DNA of 60,538 bases from Luteibaculaceae bacterium. GTDB lineage: Bacteria > Bacteroidota > Bacteroidia > Flavobacteriales_D > Luteibaculaceae. The notes beneath the pieces were generated by a model. The model was not told where the DNA came from, made no database searches, and saw only the letters and a program-made list of their open reading frames with translations. The stretch covers positions 1 through 60,538 of the forward strand of contig JBLHJD010000001.1 in the NCBI GenBank assembly GCA_047618705.1, written 5' to 3'. Position 1 is the stretch's first letter. Each line of letters begins with the position of its first letter. This document shows positions 30,027 through 39,961 of this stretch, piece by piece. The translations under genes and the position numbers were made by a program.

Positions 30027-32216
30027 TTACTTCGTAAACAAGATTTCTCTCAATTTTGGAAGTGGCCACATTTCGTCTTCGATCAACAATTCCAATTTAT
30101 CTGCATGGAACCGAATTTGATCAAAATAAGGTTTTACGGCAGAACAATACTCCTCCGCCATTTCCTTGGCACCTGTCATCAGGTTGGCTTTTTTCCGTGC
30201 ATCTTTTAACTTACGGACCAAGCTATTTAATTGGTTAATGTGTTCCGACAATTTTTTGATAAGAATAATTTGAGCTTCCCCAGATTCTTTTCCTTCCTTA
30301 TCCCCAAAAATAGTCATCAAACTTTTCACGTTATCCATTAACAACTGCTGGTAGCGCACTGCAGCTGGAAGAATGTGAGTAGTTGCAATATCACCAACCA
30401 AACGCCCTTCTATCTGAAGTTTTAGGATGTAGGTTTCCAATTCAATCTCGTAACGCGCCTCCATTTCTTCGTGGGAAAGAACGTCCATTTCTGCAAACAG
30501 GTCTTTCACCTCTTTGCGGGTTAATACAGCCAAAGCACTTGGTGTATCGCGCAGGTTAGACAATCCTCTTTTTTCTGCTTCTACAACCCACTCGTCTCCA
30601 TATCCATTTCCTTCGAAACGAATTTTTTTGGATTCGATGATTAGTTTTTGAATCTCTTTGATTAAAGCTTCATCTTTTTTCTCACCCGCTTCAATGCGGT
30701 TATCTACATCCTTTTTAAAGGTCATTAACTGCTTGGCAACGATGGTATTTAAAGCAATCATTGCTTGTGCGCAGTTGGCGGATGAACCTACAGCACGGAA
30801 CTCGAATTTATTCCCTGTAAAAGCAAAAGGAGAAGTCCGGTTTCTGTCGGTATTGTCCAACAACAACTCTGGAATACGTCCTATCGACAACTTCAAGGCT
30901 GTTTTTTCCTCTGGAGTCATTTTCCCAGCAGACACATTTTTCTCGATCTGATCGAGTAACTCAGACAGCTGAGAACCGATAAAAACAGAAATAATAGCCG
31001 GAGGAGCTTCATTAGCACCTAAACGGTGATCGTTTCCTGCTCCCGCAATACTTGCACGGATAATATCTGCATTATCATGAATAGCCTTAATGGTATTCAC
31101 AAAGAAGGTTAAAAACTGCAGGTTGGATTTTGGGTTTTTCCCAGGACGCAAAAGGTTTACCCCTGTGTTTGTCCCGAGAGACCAGTTATTGTGTTTTCCT
31201 GAACCGTTGAGTCCAGCAAAAGGTTTTTCGTGCAATAGAACACGGAAATGGTGCCTGGTGGCTACTTTTTCCAACAAGTCCATCAACAATAAGTTGTGGT
31301 CGTTAGCTAGGTTTGCTTCCTCAAAAATGGGTGCACACTCAAATTGGTTAGGTGCAACCTCATTGTGCCTTGTTTTTACAGGAATACCCAGCTCCAAAGC
31401 GTGTGTTTCGAAGTCGCGCATAAATGCTTGAACCCGCTCTGGGATAGAACCGAAGTAATGGTCATCTAATTGTTGACCCTTTGCCGGTGCAGAACCAAAT
31501 AAAGCGCGGCCTGTCATCATAATATCTGGACGTGCATTGTACAATGCTGAATCCACCAAAAAGTATTCTTGCTCCCAACCTAGGGTAGCAATCACTTTGT
31601 TTACATTTTTATCGAAATACTGGCATACGTCTTGAGCCGCAAGTTCAACTGCATTTAAGGCTTTAAGCAAAGGCATTTTGTTATCCAAAGCTTCCCCTGT
31701 GTAGGAAATAAAAATGGTTGGAATACACAAGGTTTTCCCAATAACAAAAGCGGGTGAGGAAGGATCCCAAGCCGAGTAACCTCTTGCCTCAAATGTATTT
31801 CTCAGTCCTCCGTTTGGAAAAGAAGAAGCATCAGGTTCTTGTTGAACCAACAAAGATCCATCAAAACGCTCAATAGCACGTCCACCCGTAGTCGTTTCAA
31901 AAAATGCATCATGCTTTTCAGCAGTAGATCCTGTCAATGGTTGAAACCAGTGTGTGTAATGAGTGGCTCCAAGTCCGGACGCCCAATCCTTCATTCCTAC
32001 AGCAATTTGATCCGCTACAGAGCGATCAATCCGCGTTCCATTCTGAATAGCATCTTTAATTGCTTCAAACGCATCATCAGATAGGTGGGAACGTTGGCTT
32101 TCTTCGCTAAAAACCTTGTTACCATAATACTCTGAAATCCGAGAAGAAGAAGCCTCAGTATGATTAGGTTGCCTTTGAAGTAATTCTTCAAGGGCCTTAA
32201 ATCTCATAGTTGCCAT
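30027..32216 (-). CDS. Glutamine synthetase type III
   Basis: 729 aa, the typical GSIII length. The N-terminus MATMRFKALEELL...ISEYYGNKVFSEE and the block NEVAPNQFECAPIFEEANLANDHN are GSIII-like. Confidence 0.9.
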   Translation of the reverse strand: MATMRFKALEELLQRQPNHTEASSSRISEYYGNKVFSEESQRSHLSDDAFEAIKDAIQNGTRIDRSVADQIAVGMKDWASGLGATHYTHWFQPLTGSTAEKHDAFFETTTGGRAIERFDGSLLVQQEPDASSFPNGGLRNTFEARGYSAWDPSSPAFVIGKTLCIPTIFISYTGEALDNKMPLLKALNAVELAAQDVCQYFDKNVNKVIATLGWEQEYFLVDSALYNARPDIMMTGRALFGSAPAKGQQLDDHYFGSIPERVQAFMRDFETHALELGIPVKTRHNEVAPNQFECAPIFEEANLANDHNLLLMDLLEKVATRHHFRVLLHEKPFAGLNGSGKHNNWSLGTNTGVNLLRPGKNPKSNLQFLTFFVNTIKAIHDNADIIRASIAGAGNDHRLGANEAPPAIISVFIGSQLSELLDQIEKNVSAGKMTPEEKTALKLSIGRIPELLLDNTDRNRTSPFAFTGNKFEFRAVGSSANCAQAMIALNTIVAKQLMTFKKDVDNRIEAGEKKDEALIKEIQKLIIESKKIRFEGNGYGDEWVVEAEKRGLSNLRDTPSALAVLTRKEVKDLFAEMDVLSHEEMEARYEIELETYILKLQIEGRLVGDIATTHILPAAVRYQQLLMDNVKSLMTIFGDKEGKESGEAQIILIKKLSEHINQLNSLVRKLKDARKKANLMTGAKEMAEEYCSAVKPYFDQIRFHADKLELLIEDEMWPLPKLREILFTK

Positions 32217-32244
32217 AGGGTGTCGATTTTATAATTATCTGGTG

Positions 32245-32252
32245 CAAAAATA
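32245..32252 (-). promoter_or_regulatory. Candidate -7 box (TATTTTTG) upstream of the GSIII gene
   Basis: On the minus strand TATTTTTG at 32252->32245 lies 29 nt upstream of the ATG at 32216. There is no well-spaced -33 TTG. Confidence 0.3.
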
Positions 32253-32280
32253 ACAAGATTCCGAATCAAAAAACACTTTT

Positions 32281-32319
32281 CACGAAAAGACCCCCTAAAT
32301 TTTAGGGGGTCTTTTCGTG
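32281..32319. terminator. 39-nt perfect palindrome; bidirectional terminator after the antiporter gene
   Basis: The sequence is cacgaaaagaccccctaaa t tttagggggtcttttcgtg, two 19-nt arms that are fully complementary. The GC core ccccc/ggggg is flanked by A and T runs. Confidence 0.7.
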
Positions 32320-32382
32320 AAAACATAAAAAATACTAGGGTTCCGGATGAAAATTAAGGGGGAATTAAATTTTTCAACAGTT

Positions 32383-33318
32383 TCACCTTAACACAAAAAC
32401 AACATAGGATACATAACCAGCTGCCAAAATAACTCCTTCCCAGCGGCTAATTTTTTTCCCAGTTAGCATGAATGGTAAAATAATAAACGTGAAGCCTAAC
32501 ATCCACATCAGATCTGAGGTTACAACACTTTCTGCTAATTCAACGGGATGAACCAGAGATGTAATTCCTAGTACCACACAAATGTTAAAAATATTGGACC
32601 CGATCAGGTTTCCTATCGAAATGTCTGTTTGTTTCCGGAATGCCGCTACTAAGGAGGTTACCAATTCCGGAACGGAGGTACCGAAGGCAACCAGGGTTAC
32701 CCCGATTACATGATCCGATACACCCATGTCTTCTGCAATGGACGTAGCTCCACCCAAAAACCAATCGGAACCGAAGACCAAACCGATGCACCCAAGGGCC
32801 AAAATGGCCAGTAACCAGTAAAAAGATTTATTGCTTTCCCCTTCTAATTCACTTACCTCGCCAACAACTTCATCGGCTTGGGATGTTTTGAACAGAAAAA
32901 CTAAATAGGTGACAATTAGAACAAGAAGTGCAACTCCATCATACCAATCTACCCGCAGATCGAACCAAACAAGACCAACAAGTAGGAGGGAAATCCCAAA
33001 AAGAACGGGCCAATCGAAACGAATAGTTTTACGCACAATTGCTAAGGGCATTACCATTGCAGTAAGTCCTAGTACTAAACCCAGGTTTGCAATGTTACTT
33101 CCCACTACATTCCCCATGGCAATGGCAGATCTGCCTTCCATTGCTGCTTGGAGAGAAACCAATAATTCGGGCGCTGAGGTCCCAAAAGAAACCACTGTTA
33201 AACCCACCACCATTGGAGACACGTTTAACTTCAACGCTAATCCAACTGCGGACCGCACCAAAAGTTCACCACTAAAAATAAGGACAATAAGGCCTAGGGC
33301 CAATATTAGGTAATCCAT
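32383..33318 (-). CDS. Calcium/sodium antiporter, CaCA (YrbG-like) family
   Basis: 311 aa and polytopic. The two alpha-repeats are GTSAPELLVS and GTSVPELVTS, each followed by GNxxGSNIxN. Confidence 0.88.
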   Translation of the reverse strand: MDYLILALGLIVLIFSGELLVRSAVGLALKLNVSPMVVGLTVVSFGTSAPELLVSLQAAMEGRSAIAMGNVVGSNIANLGLVLGLTAMVMPLAIVRKTIRFDWPVLFGISLLLVGLVWFDLRVDWYDGVALLVLIVTYLVFLFKTSQADEVVGEVSELEGESNKSFYWLLAILALGCIGLVFGSDWFLGGATSIAEDMGVSDHVIGVTLVAFGTSVPELVTSLVAAFRKQTDISIGNLIGSNIFNICVVLGITSLVHPVELAESVVTSDLMWMLGFTFIILPFMLTGKKISRWEGVILAAGYVSYVVFVLR

Positions 33319-33321
33319 GTT

Positions 33322-33561
33322 TTAAAGGTCGTTTTTAAACTTATCCTTTACGTCCAACTCCTTCTTTACATCAGATACACTATCTCGGATATCGTTTTGG
33401 ATTCCTTGGGTAGCATCTTTCACTTGCCGAATTGTCTTACCTAATGTTCGGGCAATATCTGGAATTCGTTTTGACCCAAAAAACATCAGGACAAAAACCA
33501 AAACTACGAGGATTTCTCCTCCGCTAATATTAAAAAACAAAAAAGGTGTCATCATCATCAC
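33322..33561 (-). CDS. tatA: Twin-arginine translocase TatA/TatE family subunit
   Basis: 79 aa, ...SGGEILVVLVFVLMFFGSKRIPDIARTLGKTIRQVKDA... Which of the MMMM run is the true start is uncertain. Confidence 0.85.
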   Translation of the reverse strand: MMMMTPFLFFNISGGEILVVLVFVLMFFGSKRIPDIARTLGKTIRQVKDATQGIQNDIRDSVSDVKKELDVKDKFKNDL

Positions 33562-33574
33562 GTGAAATCAAAAA

Positions 33575-33606
33575 TAAAAAAAAGCCCCTTGCGGAGCTTT
33601 TTTTTA
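33575..33606 (-). terminator. Terminator after secDF
   Basis: On the minus strand the hairpin GCTCC GCAA GGGGC (33584-33597) is followed by T8. On the plus strand it is flanked by an A-run and a T-run, so it is bidirectional in form. Confidence 0.6.
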
Positions 33607-33625
33607 TTAAATATAAGTTGATTAA

Positions 33626-36600
33626 CTATGATTTCGACTTTTTTGAAGCCAAATCGATCACAGATGGAGTAGCGATAAACAAAGAACTGTATGTTCCTAC
33701 TACAACTCCAATCATTAATGCGAATACAAATCCTCTGATTGACTCACCACCAAAAATGAAGATGGTTAACAATACTACGAATGTAGATACGGATGTGTTA
33801 ATAGTTCTACTCAATGTACTGTTCAACGCTCGGTTGATCACTTCCTTTTCGTCATCCTTTTTCCCCATTCCTAAGTATTCTCTAATTCTATCGAATACAA
33901 CAACCGTATCGTTAATGGAGTAACCCACAACGGTAAGTATGGCTGCAATAAAGGCTTGGTCAATCTCCAAAGAGAAAGGCAAGATTCCGTGGAACAAAGA
34001 GAACAAGGCTAACACAACCAATACATCATGGAACATTGCAATAAGTGCTCCCAATCCGTATTGCCATTTCCGGAAACGGAAAACGATGTAGGCAAAAATG
34101 ATAATCAATGCAAATACAATTGATAAATAAGCACTTTGCTCAATATCATCAGAAATGGTCGGATCTACTTTTCTAGACTCTACAATTTCGTAGGTTTCTA
34201 CAACAGCTGTTAAACCTGCGTTCAACTGCTCTTCAACCTTTATATCAGCACCGGTAGTTTTATCATCGACCAAATAATTGGTGGTGATTTTCACTTGATT
34301 CTCAGACCCAAAAGTTTTCACTTCAGGAGCGTCGCCAAAAGTACCAGCCAAAGCCGTCCGAACATTGTCTACCTCAGCAGCTTGCTCAAACTTAACGGTA
34401 TATGTTCTACCACCAGTAAAATCGACACCTAAGTTTAATCCACGAGTAAAGAAGGATGCAAATCCAACTAAAACAACAACCGTACTTAAAACGTAGAAGA
34501 ACTTTCTTTTTTGGATGAACTGAATGTTGGTGTTGGTAAACCAATTTACGTTCCTCTTACTTGCAAAAGAGATCTTTCCACCTTTATCCGTAATGAGGGT
34601 AAAGATTAAACGGGTGATAAAAATTGCAGTAAACAACGAAGTGAAAATACCAATAATCAATGTAGTAGCAAATCCTTTAATTGGACCTGAACCGAAGATA
34701 GCCAATACAAATGCCGTTAACAAAGTTGTTAGGTTGGCATCAATAATTGCAGCATACGCTTTTTGGTATCCTTCTTTCATTGCTGCTTTAAGTCCTTTCC
34801 CTGCGCGCAGTTCCTCTCGAATCCGCTCATAGATAAGTACGTTTGCATCTACCGACATACCAATGGTAAGCACAATACCGGCAATACCAGGTAAGGTTAA
34901 TGAAGCTCCTAAAGATGCCAAGGCACCAATTAAGAAGAACAGGTTAGCTACCAATGCGATATCGGAAACAATCCCTGCACCACGGTAATAAAAGATCATG
35001 TAAAACAAAACCACCAACAAGGCAATTCCGAAAGACATTAAACCACTATCAATGTTTTTCTGACCTAAAGAAGGTCCAACAATGGATTCATCCACAATAC
35101 GAGCTGGAGCTGGAAGAGCTCCTGCTTTAAGAATGTTGGCTAAATCTTCTGCCTCCCGCATTTGATCGGCACGAGACCCTTGACCCATTGAGATAGAAGA
35201 GCGTCCACTTGGAATTTCACTTTGAACAACAGGTGCACTATACACTGCGTTATCCAAAACAATAGCTACTGCTTTTCCAATATTTGCAGATGTCATACTT
35301 GCCCAAACCCCAGCACCTTCACCGTTCATTTGCATAGTAACTTCTACATCTCCTTTGAAGTCGAAATCTTGTTTTGCATCTACAATTACAGATCCGTCTA
35401 ATGGTGCATTACCATCGCGCGTTGTAACTTTTAATGCATGAAGTGTTACGTTGTTGTTTGCATCAGGCTTAGCCGACCAAACAAAACGCAAGGTTGCAGG
35501 AAACAAACCGAGTAAAACTTCATCAGCTAAATATCTGTTTACCTGTGCTGTATCAGAAACACGAGCAATACCAACAACGGGACCATCTCCAACCTTAAAC
35601 TGACCTGTTTGGTCTTGGTAAACGGATGGGTACAAAACAGAGAACAACGGATTTGTTTTAGAAAAATCCTCTTGTGTTTCGGTTAGGTCTTCTGTTGCAG
35701 TAGAATCAGAGTTATCCTCTCCTAAAAGGGCATCCACTTCTTCTCTTTCAGTAGTAGCATCATCAGTCTCGGTTGATTCAGAATCATCCGCCTGTACATT
35801 AGTTGTATCTCCATAAATCGAGGCCAACTTCAGGTTTGCTTGATCCAACATTCCGTAAACCTCTTCGTTTCCGTACGTTTCCCAGAACTCCAAGTTAGCC
35901 GTACTCTGAAGTATTTTACGTACCCGAGACTTATCCTTTACACCTGGCAGTTCAATTAAGATACGTCCAGAGTATTGTTGCTTTTGGATGGTTGGTTGGG
36001 TTACCCCAAATTTATCGATACGAGTACGGAGAATTTTTTCCGTGTTATCAATAGCCACTTGCGCTTCTAGACGAAGAATGTTAACAATCTCGGAATTCGT
36101 AGCTTCACGCGGGAATTTCTCACGGTTGTCGCGGCTGTGGAAAATGGCTGCTAATTTCCCGTCTGGGTACAACTCATCATACACGCTTGAGAACAAGGTG
36201 ATAAAATCTGCCTGACTTTCCGATTGACGATTTGTTGCTTCAGCAATAGCTTGCCTAAACTGCTCGTTTTTCGAATTCCCAGAAAGAGCTACTACTAGCT
36301 CAGGGATAGAAACCTCCAAGGTTACACTCATCCCTCCTTTAAGGTCAAGCCCAAGGTTAATTTCTTTTTCCTTACTTTCTTGATACGTATAACCGAACAC
36401 AGGGTAAACCGCTGTATTTCCGTTATCCTTCAAAAATTTCTCGGTGAAAGCATCCTGAATGGAATCTAACTCCTCAGGCTTAAGCCCCTGATCTTCTGCG
36501 AACAGAGAATCGGCTTTGTCTTGGCCATAAGAAGCTGCTTTATCCTCAAATCCTGAAGTTACCCAAGAAAAAGAAATTTGATACAAGCAAGCTAGAGTAA

Positions 36601-36640
36601 GTAATATGGCAAATAACCAAACTGCACTTTTGTTTTGCAT
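33626..36640 (-). CDS. secDF: Protein translocase subunit SecDF (fused)
   Basis: 1004 aa. It starts with an N-terminal TM helix and a large periplasmic domain, followed by two 6-TM SecD/SecF blocks (GIAGIVLTIGMSVDANVLIYERIREE... and ...VGYSINDTVVVFDRIRE). Confidence 0.95.
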   Translation of the reverse strand: MQNKSAVWLFAILLTLACLYQISFSWVTSGFEDKAASYGQDKADSLFAEDQGLKPEELDSIQDAFTEKFLKDNGNTAVYPVFGYTYQESKEKEINLGLDLKGGMSVTLEVSIPELVVALSGNSKNEQFRQAIAEATNRQSESQADFITLFSSVYDELYPDGKLAAIFHSRDNREKFPREATNSEIVNILRLEAQVAIDNTEKILRTRIDKFGVTQPTIQKQQYSGRILIELPGVKDKSRVRKILQSTANLEFWETYGNEEVYGMLDQANLKLASIYGDTTNVQADDSESTETDDATTEREEVDALLGEDNSDSTATEDLTETQEDFSKTNPLFSVLYPSVYQDQTGQFKVGDGPVVGIARVSDTAQVNRYLADEVLLGLFPATLRFVWSAKPDANNNVTLHALKVTTRDGNAPLDGSVIVDAKQDFDFKGDVEVTMQMNGEGAGVWASMTSANIGKAVAIVLDNAVYSAPVVQSEIPSGRSSISMGQGSRADQMREAEDLANILKAGALPAPARIVDESIVGPSLGQKNIDSGLMSFGIALLVVLFYMIFYYRGAGIVSDIALVANLFFLIGALASLGASLTLPGIAGIVLTIGMSVDANVLIYERIREELRAGKGLKAAMKEGYQKAYAAIIDANLTTLLTAFVLAIFGSGPIKGFATTLIIGIFTSLFTAIFITRLIFTLITDKGGKISFASKRNVNWFTNTNIQFIQKRKFFYVLSTVVVLVGFASFFTRGLNLGVDFTGGRTYTVKFEQAAEVDNVRTALAGTFGDAPEVKTFGSENQVKITTNYLVDDKTTGADIKVEEQLNAGLTAVVETYEIVESRKVDPTISDDIEQSAYLSIVFALIIIFAYIVFRFRKWQYGLGALIAMFHDVLVVLALFSLFHGILPFSLEIDQAFIAAILTVVGYSINDTVVVFDRIREYLGMGKKDDEKEVINRALNSTLSRTINTSVSTFVVLLTIFIFGGESIRGFVFALMIGVVVGTYSSLFIATPSVIDLASKKSKS

Positions 36641-36667
36641 TTCCTAGTCTTTATTTTTTACAAGCCG

Positions 36668-36675
36668 CAAATATA
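36668..36675 (-). promoter_or_regulatory. Candidate -7 box (TATATTTG) upstream of secDF
   Basis: On the minus strand TATATTTG at 36675->36668 lies 28 nt upstream of the ATG at 36640. I saw no clear -33 element. Confidence 0.3.
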
Positions 36676-36868
36676 TCATTTCGATGGTATGAATTCACTA
36701 ATTCTAAAGCATTTTATCCTTTTGTTGCATTTCCTTTTTTAATAAAACAGATTTAAAGCCGCTCTCAGGCATTTTCAGGATTGAACTGGAATAGGAAAAA
36801 AAACAAATAACACATTTCTCCATAAAATAGCTTCTGATTTTTGTAGTTTAGGTAGACTTGCAAAAGTA

Positions 36869-38866
36869 ATGAAGCTCATAACCTTGTATTTATGTGTGTT
36901 TGGTTGCCTAATAAACCAGCCATGTTTCCCCCAACTTTTTGAAGATGGGAGCATCCCTTCCGTAGTAAAAAATGACCAAACCCTAAACTACCCCTGGAGC
37001 GGTGGATTTGGAGCCCCTTTGGTGCATATTAGTGATTCCCGAATTTGGGTTTGGGAAATGGAGGGTAACTTTTACCAAATATGGGAAGGAGACTTGCCCA
37101 ATTCAGCCACCTTCACTCCGAGCACGGCAAACCACTTGTTAAACATCAAAGATGCGGATTGGGTGAGGTTTCACGAAACTGAAAACCAACTTATTGCCCT
37201 AATTTCTCTCAATGGAACCCTGCGCTACTCGGTGTACAATTTGAGTTCCTTTACTCTGGACGTGGACAATGAAGTGCTACAAGCTGAATTCCCGACCATT
37301 GGCGGAGAAACCATACGGACGTTTATCCCTACCCTCCCATTAAACATCCCATTATTGATGGACAGGGAACAGGATGGCGATTTAGATATTTGTACGTTTA
37401 ATGCCAATTCCCAGGGGGTTGATTTTTATGAAAACAACTCGGGGCAATGGGATCAATTCGATTTAGTCCGTGTTTCGGAGTGTTGGGGGAAAATGGAAGA
37501 AGATTTTGGCGTAAACGCTGTTATTCTTAACCGTCCTTGCAACAACAAATCTATTAAATCGGGGATGCATGCTGGTGGAAACATTGGTGGGTATTCTGTT
37601 GGAGACACATCCTATTTATACGTAGGAAGTTTACTGCACAACAACATCAATGCCATTTTTGTGGACCAACAATTTACCCCAAAAGAGGATAGTGCTTTTT
37701 TTGAGCGAGAACATTTCCCGAGTAAAGCTCCTATTAACGTGGACAAGTTCCCTGGGTTTTCACCAAATACAGCAGGAAACTATGCTGCTTTGAGTCCCAA
37801 CGGAATTGGAATTAGTTCCACGATAAACCCGGTTCAACTTTTCAAGAATACGGGCGGAAAATGGGCCAACATTGACTCCAATTTTCTTCAGAATCAACAC
37901 ATCGACATTGGATTTGGCGCTTATCCGAGCAAGGTTGATTGGAATGGCGATGGGCTGGAGGACTTTTTCGTTTCTGGAGGAAAAAGAGTGAATAACTTAA
38001 GCTCTGCAAGTTATGAGTTGTACTTAAGCACGAATGGCAAACTTGAATTTCTGGATGTTGCTATCCCCACTGTTGATGCAATTAAGGAAGCTGTTAACAT
38101 CGACTTTGGTGATGTTAGTCGGGATGGTATTCCAGACATGTTATTGGGTTTAGAAAACGGCGGATTGCGGTATGCCTTAGGTACCCGATCGGGACAAAAC
38201 TTGGTTTTTGGAAAATTAGAAAAACTGCCCTTGGACCGGGAAGACTCCATCCGGGTTGCGGGAAAAACGGTGGCACGTTGGTTGGACTTTAATTCTGATG
38301 GACTACTCGATATTCTAGTCAGCACACCTCAAAGAATGCAATTGTTTTTGCACAATGGATTCGATTTTAGTGAGGACCAACACATGAGTGATAGTTTAAC
38401 TGAGTTGGCAAAAAGTGCATTTTTCACTGATCCTGTCCAATTTGGCATTAGGGAGAACGAGATATGGGGATCTCAGCCACAGATTCACCGCATTTACCCC
38501 GTACAATTGGGCTCAAATAGTATATCAGGCTTGGAAAACACGGCCCACAATGGATCGTTATTATTTTGCGAGAACACCGTTTTTATTGGCACGCCAGCAG
38601 GAGGGGTTCAGGCTAGCGAATTCAGCCTTACTCCATCTCCCCGATTATGGGGGAACTTGTACCCAAATCCGAACAAAAATGGAGATTTTCTATTCGTTGG
38701 CGGGTTGGAGGGACCGTTTAACTATCGGGTAATAAATCTGCAAGGACAAATTATTAGGGAGCGGAAAAGTGAAGGAGTAATCCAAGAGTTCTTGTATCCA
38801 GGCGTGTACTTTATCCAAATTCACCAGGGCGGAAATTCAAAATCATTCAAATGGATCGTGGAATAA
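36869..38866 (+). CDS. FG-GAP/VCBS-repeat protein with a T9SS type-A (Por_Secre_tail) C-terminal sorting domain
   Basis: 665 aa with a signal peptide. The Ca-binding-like FG-GAP loops are DWNGDGLEDFFVSGG, DVSRDGIPDMLLG and DFNSDGLLDILVS. The C-terminal ~70 aa, LYPNPNKNGDFLFVGG...YRVINLQGQII...LYPGVYFIQIHQGG, match the type-A CTD pattern. Confidence 0.8.
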   Translation: MKLITLYLCVFGCLINQPCFPQLFEDGSIPSVVKNDQTLNYPWSGGFGAPLVHISDSRIWVWEMEGNFYQIWEGDLPNSATFTPSTANHLLNIKDADWVRFHETENQLIALISLNGTLRYSVYNLSSFTLDVDNEVLQAEFPTIGGETIRTFIPTLPLNIPLLMDREQDGDLDICTFNANSQGVDFYENNSGQWDQFDLVRVSECWGKMEEDFGVNAVILNRPCNNKSIKSGMHAGGNIGGYSVGDTSYLYVGSLLHNNINAIFVDQQFTPKEDSAFFEREHFPSKAPINVDKFPGFSPNTAGNYAALSPNGIGISSTINPVQLFKNTGGKWANIDSNFLQNQHIDIGFGAYPSKVDWNGDGLEDFFVSGGKRVNNLSSASYELYLSTNGKLEFLDVAIPTVDAIKEAVNIDFGDVSRDGIPDMLLGLENGGLRYALGTRSGQNLVFGKLEKLPLDREDSIRVAGKTVARWLDFNSDGLLDILVSTPQRMQLFLHNGFDFSEDQHMSDSLTELAKSAFFTDPVQFGIRENEIWGSQPQIHRIYPVQLGSNSISGLENTAHNGSLLFCENTVFIGTPAGGVQASEFSLTPSPRLWGNLYPNPNKNGDFLFVGGLEGPFNYRVINLQGQIIRERKSEGVIQEFLYPGVYFIQIHQGGNSKSFKWIVE

Positions 38867-39249
38867 AAAGGACTATTTTGTTTTTTGACGGGAGTTGTGG
38901 CATGTGCACCAAATCGGTTCAGTTTTTCATTAAAAGGAGTTCTAGCGACTTGGTGTTTGCTCCATTGTTTGGGGTGAGCTTTAAATCTATTCCGATGGAA
39001 AAACTTCCGAACCCCATTCCCGATAGTATAATCACTTGGTCCAACGGGGAGCTCAGAACTAAAACGGATGCCATAATTGCACTTAAACCTCATGTGAACT
39101 TCTTTCTAAAAATTGGGGTATCCATTCTGCAATTAATTCCAAAAAGGGTACGGAATTGGGGATATGATTTTATTGCAAGCCACCGAAGTAGGAAAGGCGA
39201 AACCTGTTTGATTTTGCCTCCAGAACAACAGTATAGAATACTCCCATAA
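38851..39249 (+). CDS. Thiol-disulfide oxidoreductase DCC family protein (DUF393)
   Basis: 132 aa with the N-terminal FFDGSCGMC motif, the DCC signature. It overlaps the stop of the upstream gene by 16 nt. Confidence 0.8.
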   Translation: MDRGIKRTILFFDGSCGMCTKSVQFFIKRSSSDLVFAPLFGVSFKSIPMEKLPNPIPDSIITWSNGELRTKTDAIIALKPHVNFFLKIGVSILQLIPKRVRNWGYDFIASHRSRKGETCLILPPEQQYRILP

Positions 39250-39394
39250 AGAAAACATCTATTTACAGCGATAAAAGATAAGGTCTTCGTATGTTCGCTT
39301 CCCTTTATCGAAGATTTGAGATTAAGAGAACAATAAGGATAAAAAAACAGGCAACCAATAAGAAACCTCCGCGTTTTGAGAATTGTAGAATACT

Positions 39395-39961
39395 ATGGAA
39401 AAACAGAAATCTGAGCTGAAGGAGATTATACACGGGTGTGTAAAAAATGATCGAAAGCAGCAACGAAGGTTACACGAGCTGTTTTACGGGAAGTTGTTTG
39501 CCATTTGTATGCGTTATACTCGAGATGAGGATTTCGCTCAAGACACCCTCCAAAGGGCTTTTATCAAGATTTTTGACAACATCAAAAAGTTTGAACAAAA
39601 GGGATCCCTGGAAGGATGGATGAAGCGAATAGTGGTGAACACCTGTATTGATACGTATAGAAAGAAAAAGAAAGACCTTCTCTTTTTGGGAGAAGATCAT
39701 GATATAGAGAATTTAGACTTGGAGAACGAGGAAACGAATGTGAATAACTTTCCTTACCAGCCCAAGCAAGTTCTTGAGGCAATAAAAAAACTAACCCCGG
39801 CATACAAAGCCGTGTTTAACCTTTATGCCATTGAAGAGTACACTCACAAAGAAATTGCGGAGATGCTCGAAATAAGTGTTGGAACCAGTAAATCCAACTA
39901 CTTAAAAGCCAAACTTAAACTGAAGAAGATTTTAAAAGATAATTACGGCGAATATGAGTAA
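39395..39961 (+). CDS. RNA polymerase ECF-type sigma-70 factor
   Basis: 188 aa. Region 2 reads LFYGKLFAICMRYTRDEDFAQDTLQRAFIKIFDNIKKF...GWMKRIVVNTCID. Region 4 reads LTPAYKAVFNLYAIEEYTHKEIAEMLEISVGTSKSNYLKAK. Confidence 0.9.
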   Translation: MEKQKSELKEIIHGCVKNDRKQQRRLHELFYGKLFAICMRYTRDEDFAQDTLQRAFIKIFDNIKKFEQKGSLEGWMKRIVVNTCIDTYRKKKKDLLFLGEDHDIENLDLENEETNVNNFPYQPKQVLEAIKKLTPAYKAVFNLYAIEEYTHKEIAEMLEISVGTSKSNYLKAKLKLKKILKDNYGEYE

